Of a DNA stretch of 32,000 nucleotides, positions 28,354 to 32,000 are shown one piece after another. The DNA is from Geotalea uraniireducens Rf4 (GTDB taxonomy: Bacteria > Desulfobacterota > Desulfuromonadia > Geobacterales > Geobacteraceae), in contig NC_009483.1 of assembly GCF_000016745.1 (NCBI RefSeq), positions 4,290,001-4,322,000 on the forward strand, given 5' to 3'. The first letter of the stretch is position 1. Each line of letters opens with the position of its first letter. The position numbers and the translations under genes are program-made. The notes beneath the pieces were generated by a model, which was not told the DNA's origin, ran no database searches, and saw only the letters and a program-made list of their open reading frames with translations.

Positions 28354-29382
28354 TTATCTGTTTTTTTTCAACTCGACACGATCACCACGGTATATGGTGT
28401 CGATGCTCTTTACCACCAGGGCGGTAGATGTATTTTCCTTGGTCTCGACAATCACCAGGGCGCCCAATAGCTCCGCCGGCAGTTTTTCTATCTTATCGAG
28501 GGCGTACGTCTGATCGGGAGCCACATCCCGAACGATATAGAGCATGTTGCCGACCTCAACTCCCTGCTGCTTCCCAAGATCCAGGTATGCAACATCACCC
28601 GCCGCAATGGCCTTGTTGCCGGTTTTGGTTTCGACGATGTAGCCGACAAGCTCCTTGTCGGAGGCTTTCAGCGCCACCTCAAGCTTCCGTGGGCGGAAGG
28701 GCATCAGGAATGACCCTGCACCGATCTCCTGAAAGGACTTGGTCACAATCGCCTTGGAAACTTTCTCCTCCAGCTCTGAAAGCTGCAGCGTACCAAGGGG
28801 GATCACCTTGTACCCCAGGATCACATTGGTTACCGGATGACTGACGGCGCCCATTTTCTTGTAGACGGAAAACTTGTCGCCGACCTCAACGCCATTCGCC
28901 TTGCCGATGTCGGTGTAAACGATGTCGTCCTCACCAACCATCTGCCGCCCCTGATAGGTTGAGACTATATAGCCGGAAGGCTTCAGCCCGTTTTCCATGA
29001 GGAATCCTTCACCGCCGCTCACCGTATAAGTTTTTACCGGGGCCACCTCTTCAACGATTTTCTTCGTTTCAGCCGGCTGCGGCTCTTCGCCATGCACGGC
29101 AGGCGCCGGAACCTCCGCGGGAGTTTCCACTTCGATCCTGTCGGGATAGACCTTCAATCGCTGCCCCGGAAAGATAAAGTGGGGATTTGTTATGGACTGG
29201 TTTCGTGCCCAGAGATTCGGCCAGTAATAGGGATCCTGCAAGAACTTTTCCGACAGGCCCCAGAGGGTATCGCCCTTCTGGATCACGTAAACGGTCGGTT
29301 CCTCCTGGGCAAAGACTTCGCGGGAAGAGATGAACGACATGAGGAGTAGCAATCCGATAAAAATCAACCTTCTCATAAACAC
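28354..29382 (-). CDS. Secreted LysM peptidoglycan-binding domain protein
   Basis: Signal peptide, then YVIQKGDTLWGLSEKFLQDPYYWPNLW..NPHFIFPGQRLKV (LysM). Confidence 0.85.
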   Translation of the reverse strand: MFMRRLIFIGLLLLMSFISSREVFAQEEPTVYVIQKGDTLWGLSEKFLQDPYYWPNLWARNQSITNPHFIFPGQRLKVYPDRIEVETPAEVPAPAVHGEEPQPAETKKIVEEVAPVKTYTVSGGEGFLMENGLKPSGYIVSTYQGRQMVGEDDIVYTDIGKANGVEVGDKFSVYKKMGAVSHPVTNVILGYKVIPLGTLQLSELEEKVSKAIVTKSFQEIGAGSFLMPFRPRKLEVALKASDKELVGYIVETKTGNKAIAAGDVAYLDLGKQQGVEVGNMLYIVRDVAPDQTYALDKIEKLPAELLGALVIVETKENTSTALVVKSIDTIYRGDRVELKKNR

Positions 29383-29393
29383 CTCACAGGATT

Positions 29394-30113
29394 TTAAAGA
29401 CGTCCCAGCCGTTCTCTTGCCTTCGCGGCAGCCGGGCTTTTCGGGTATTTGCCCACCAGGGACTGCAACTCTGCTCGTGCTTTTAACGGCTCGTTCATGC
29501 TGATCAGCGAATAGCCGATCTTCAGCATGGCGTCGGGAACCTTGTTCCCTTTCGGGTAGTCGACAACTACCTTTGAAAACGATTCCAGCGCCTTACTATA
29601 ATTGTGCTGGGTATAATAACACTCCCCGACCCAATAGACGGCATTCCCGGCATATTCACTGTCGGGATAGGATTTGACGAAAGCCTCAAACGCTTCGATG
29701 GCGCCGCTGTAATTATTGGCGCTGAACAGGCCGAATGCCTTTATATATGCGTCCTGGGGTGCGGAATCATTATCAGATGGTGCGGCTTCCTTGTTGACCA
29801 CCTCGATTTTCGCTGTTTCGGCCGGCGGCGGCGGGGCGAGCTTTTGGTAGATCAGCTCTATGGATGCCTTGAATTCCTTATAGCTCGGCTTCAGCGCCTC
29901 AACATCCGCCGAAGTTGCCGAAAGCTGTATCTGCAGCGTTCTGATATCATTGGTCAAATCTGTGAGATGCGCATTGGTAGCCACATTAGCCTGGGCCAAT
30001 TGCTCCAGCCGGGCTTCCATCTCAGCCTGTTTTTTCACAACCAGATCGTTATTGCCGCAACCAACAGCCAGGAAGCTAAAAACGCCGATGATAAGCCCGT
30101 ACAGTAGTCGCAT
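29394..30113 (-). CDS. ybgF: YbgF/CpoB-like TPR lipoprotein
   Basis: Lipobox LAVG|C, coiled-coil N-terminal part, C-terminal ..YPDSEYAGNAVYWVGECYY..YPKGNKVPDAMLKIG..YPKSPAAAKA (YbgF-type TPRs). Confidence 0.75.
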   Translation of the reverse strand: MRLLYGLIIGVFSFLAVGCGNNDLVVKKQAEMEARLEQLAQANVATNAHLTDLTNDIRTLQIQLSATSADVEALKPSYKEFKASIELIYQKLAPPPPAETAKIEVVNKEAAPSDNDSAPQDAYIKAFGLFSANNYSGAIEAFEAFVKSYPDSEYAGNAVYWVGECYYTQHNYSKALESFSKVVVDYPKGNKVPDAMLKIGYSLISMNEPLKARAELQSLVGKYPKSPAAAKARERLGRL

Positions 30114-30248
30114 GTCTTCTCCTTGAGAAAATTTAACACAATTAAAGCTTTTTCCCGATTTTTGTCAAGAATAAAGCTTTGATTTGGGGTTTAATAACAC
30201 CTGCGAATATGTTACCATCCCCGCGCAGATGAATGTAAATCTCTCCCC

Positions 30249-30417
30249 CTAGGAGCCTGTCGGACTTAGGGAATCGTAGCGAGAGAATGGAAAATCGAGG
30301 ACAGATTTCCGGAAATTTGAGAGCTAATAGTGGACCTATTCGTCGAAAATTTACGGGAATATGGACCGATTTGCCATTCTCGCAGTAGATTCATTCCTAA
30401 GTCCGACAGGCTCCTAG
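30249..30417. repeat. 169-bp imperfect-palindrome (foldback) element, MITE/ERIC-like
   Basis: Perfect 22-bp termini CTAGGAGCCTGTCGGACTTAGG (30249-30270) / CCTAAGTCCGACAGGCTCCTAG (30396-30417). Imperfect pairing continues inward over most of the length. Confidence 0.9.
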
Positions 30418-30452
30418 ATTCGTAAACGGATGAACTGTTGCAGAAACAAAGC

Positions 30453-31667
30453 ATGAAAAAGCCCGAACTCCTTGCCCCAGCCGGCAACATGGAAAAACTC
30501 CGTATCGCCGTCCATTACGGCGCTGATGCCGTCTACCTGGGGGGAAAAAGCTTCGGTTTGCGGAACCTGGCCGATAATTTCTCCACCGCCGAACTGGCGG
30601 AAGCCGTGGTCTATGCCCATGAACGGGGGGTTAAGGTCTACCTCACGGTCAACGCCTACCCCGACAACGATGATATAGGCGAATTGCTGCATTATCTGGA
30701 AGAAGTGCGCCCTATCCCCTTCGACGCCTACATTGCCGCAGATCCCGGTGTCATTGAAACCATCAGGGAAATCTCGCCGGAACGCGACATCCACCTCTCA
30801 ACTCAGGCCAACACCACAAACTGGAAAAGCGCTCTTTTCTGGCAGAAACAGGGGATACGGCGTATTAACCTTGCCCGCGAGATGTCCCTTGAAGGGATGC
30901 GCCAAGTCAGGGAGAGGACCGACATCGAACTGGAGGCCTTTGTTCACGGAGCCATGTGCATCTCCTATTCGGGGCGCTGCCTCCTGTCCAGCGTCATGAG
31001 CGGCAGAAACGCCAACAAGGGTGAATGCACCCAGCCCTGCCGCTGGAACTACGCCATCGTCGAAGAAACGAGACCCGGCGAGTATTTCCCGGTCATGGAG
31101 GATGAAAACGGCACTTTTATCTTCAACTCCAAAGACCTCTGCCTACTTACCTACCTGCCGGAACTGGCGGGCGCTGGGGTGGATTCCCTGAAAATCGAAG
31201 GAAGAATGAAGGGGATCTATTACGTTGCCTCTGTCGTGAGAATTTACCGCCAGGCCCTGGACCGTTACTTCGCAGAGCCGGAAACCTACCGCTGTGATCC
31301 CGACTGGCTGGAGGAACTCTGCAAGATCAGCCACCGCGGCTACACAACGGGCTTTTTCCTCGGCCCGCCAAAAGATATTGACCACCAGTACCACTCCAGC
31401 TATATTAGAAACCATGAATTTGTCGGCATAGTAGAAGAGCCACTGCCGGACGGCGCCATTATATTGGAAGTCAGGAACAGGATAAAAACCGGAGACACCC
31501 TGGAATTCATCGGTCCCGCCATGTCGTCTTCCTTCCACGAAATGAAAGAGATCATCACCGACCGGGGAGAAAGGGTTGAAGCTGCCAACCCTAACCAACG
31601 CATCATTGTCAGGACCGCTTTCGCAGCAGAGAAATATGACCTGGTCCGACGGGAAAAATCCTTGTAG
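30453..31667 (+). CDS. Peptidase U32 family protein (UbiU/UbiV/TrhP/RlhA-type Fe-S family)
   Basis: MKKPELLAPAGN.., ..GADAVYLGG.., Cys cluster HGAMCISYSGRCLLS...GECTQPCRW. ATG 30453 is preferred over TTG 30438. Confidence 0.88.
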   Translation: MKKPELLAPAGNMEKLRIAVHYGADAVYLGGKSFGLRNLADNFSTAELAEAVVYAHERGVKVYLTVNAYPDNDDIGELLHYLEEVRPIPFDAYIAADPGVIETIREISPERDIHLSTQANTTNWKSALFWQKQGIRRINLAREMSLEGMRQVRERTDIELEAFVHGAMCISYSGRCLLSSVMSGRNANKGECTQPCRWNYAIVEETRPGEYFPVMEDENGTFIFNSKDLCLLTYLPELAGAGVDSLKIEGRMKGIYYVASVVRIYRQALDRYFAEPETYRCDPDWLEELCKISHRGYTTGFFLGPPKDIDHQYHSSYIRNHEFVGIVEEPLPDGAIILEVRNRIKTGDTLEFIGPAMSSSFHEMKEIITDRGERVEAANPNQRIIVRTAFAAEKYDLVRREKSL

Positions 31668-31743
31668 ATTGCTGTCGCAAGCCGAATACCAGCGAAGTAC
31701 GGCAAACGGTCTTCGCTCCGTTGAACAAAGGAAACCCACACCC

Positions 31744-32000
31744 ATGAAATTCTTTACCGCCTTCCTGACCAAAAAAGAGGGGAGCCCAGCAACGGACCTG
31801 GGAGTCCTCTTGACTCTCTTCGGCATCGCATTCTTCCAGTTCCTGGGCCGTCTCCCCCTTATCGAGACCGATGAAGGTCGTTACATGGAGATACCCAGGG
31901 AAATGCTGGAGAGCGGAGACTTCATCACGCCGACCCTGAACTATGTCAAATACTTCGAGAAACCGCCCCTCCATTACTGGTTGAACGCGCTTTCAATCAA
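31744..32000 (+). CDS. Glycosyltransferase family 39 (ArnT/PMT-like) membrane protein, 3' end outside the window
   Basis: My own translation: MKFFTAFL...LPLIETDEGRYMEIPREMLESGDFITPTLNYVKYFEKPPLHYWLNALSI. The DE.RY...KPPL.YW motif is characteristic. It is absent from the ORF track because no stop lies in the window. Confidence 0.75.
   Translation, partial: MKFFTAFLTKKEGSPATDLGVLLTLFGIAFFQFLGRLPLIETDEGRYMEIPREMLESGDFITPTLNYVKYFEKPPLHYWLNALSI

Noticed and set aside
30249-30417. The foldback element considered as an integron attC site or a dif/Xer site.
   Set aside because: The ends lack the RYYYAAC / GTTRRRY core sites of attC. Nothing resembles the dif consensus, and there is no integrase nearby.
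30266-30794. Minus-strand ORFs 30266..30490 and 30414..30794.
   Set aside because: The first merely spans the foldback element. The second is antisense to the well-supported U32 gene.

Overview
This 32-kb chromosomal window has gene content, synteny and moderately high GC that look like a Geobacter/Desulfuromonadales-type genome; that assignment is inference only, since no search was possible.

Bases 1-3.7 kb are a decayed accessory patch. They hold the 3' part of a COG2865-type (AlbA_2/HATPase_c_4-like) gene and an AT-rich ~440-bp non-coding stretch that opens with 11-bp-phased A7 tracts and contains a GC-rich hairpin. They also hold a frameshifted ORF6N-family remnant and an intact IS256-family insertion sequence with identical 9-bp flanking repeats.

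From 3.7 kb onward the window is conserved housekeeping backbone, almost all on the minus strand. In order it contains:
- FAH-family hydrolase (+), a mini zinc-ribbon ORF (+), DUF327, a radical SAM protein, a small lipoprotein and a cold-shock protein
- ppdK, glyS-glyQ and mutM (+)
- rplI-DUF2232-rpsR-rpsF, ychF, pth, rplY and prs
- tRNA-Gln, ispE, a beta carbonic anhydrase, yggS, maf and a 2-TM ORF
- trmFO, topA, dprA, a LysM protein and a YbgF-like lipoprotein
- a U32-family protein (+) and a 3'-truncated GT39/ArnT-like gene (+)

There is no rRNA and no CRISPR array. I do not see a convincing multi-gene novel system such as a defence operon.

The items most worth a second look are:
- a strong-RBS zinc-ribbon mini-ORF split by an in-frame TGA, followed by a SECIS-like hairpin (4505-4654)
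- a 169-bp foldback (MITE/ERIC-like) element (30249-30417)
- an inverted-repeat-bounded purine-rich segment between ychF and rpsF (16171-16295)
- a family of GTAGGGGC... hairpins at three loci
- a radical SAM protein with CX4CX2C spacing

All family assignments rest on motif recognition from memory, not on database searches.
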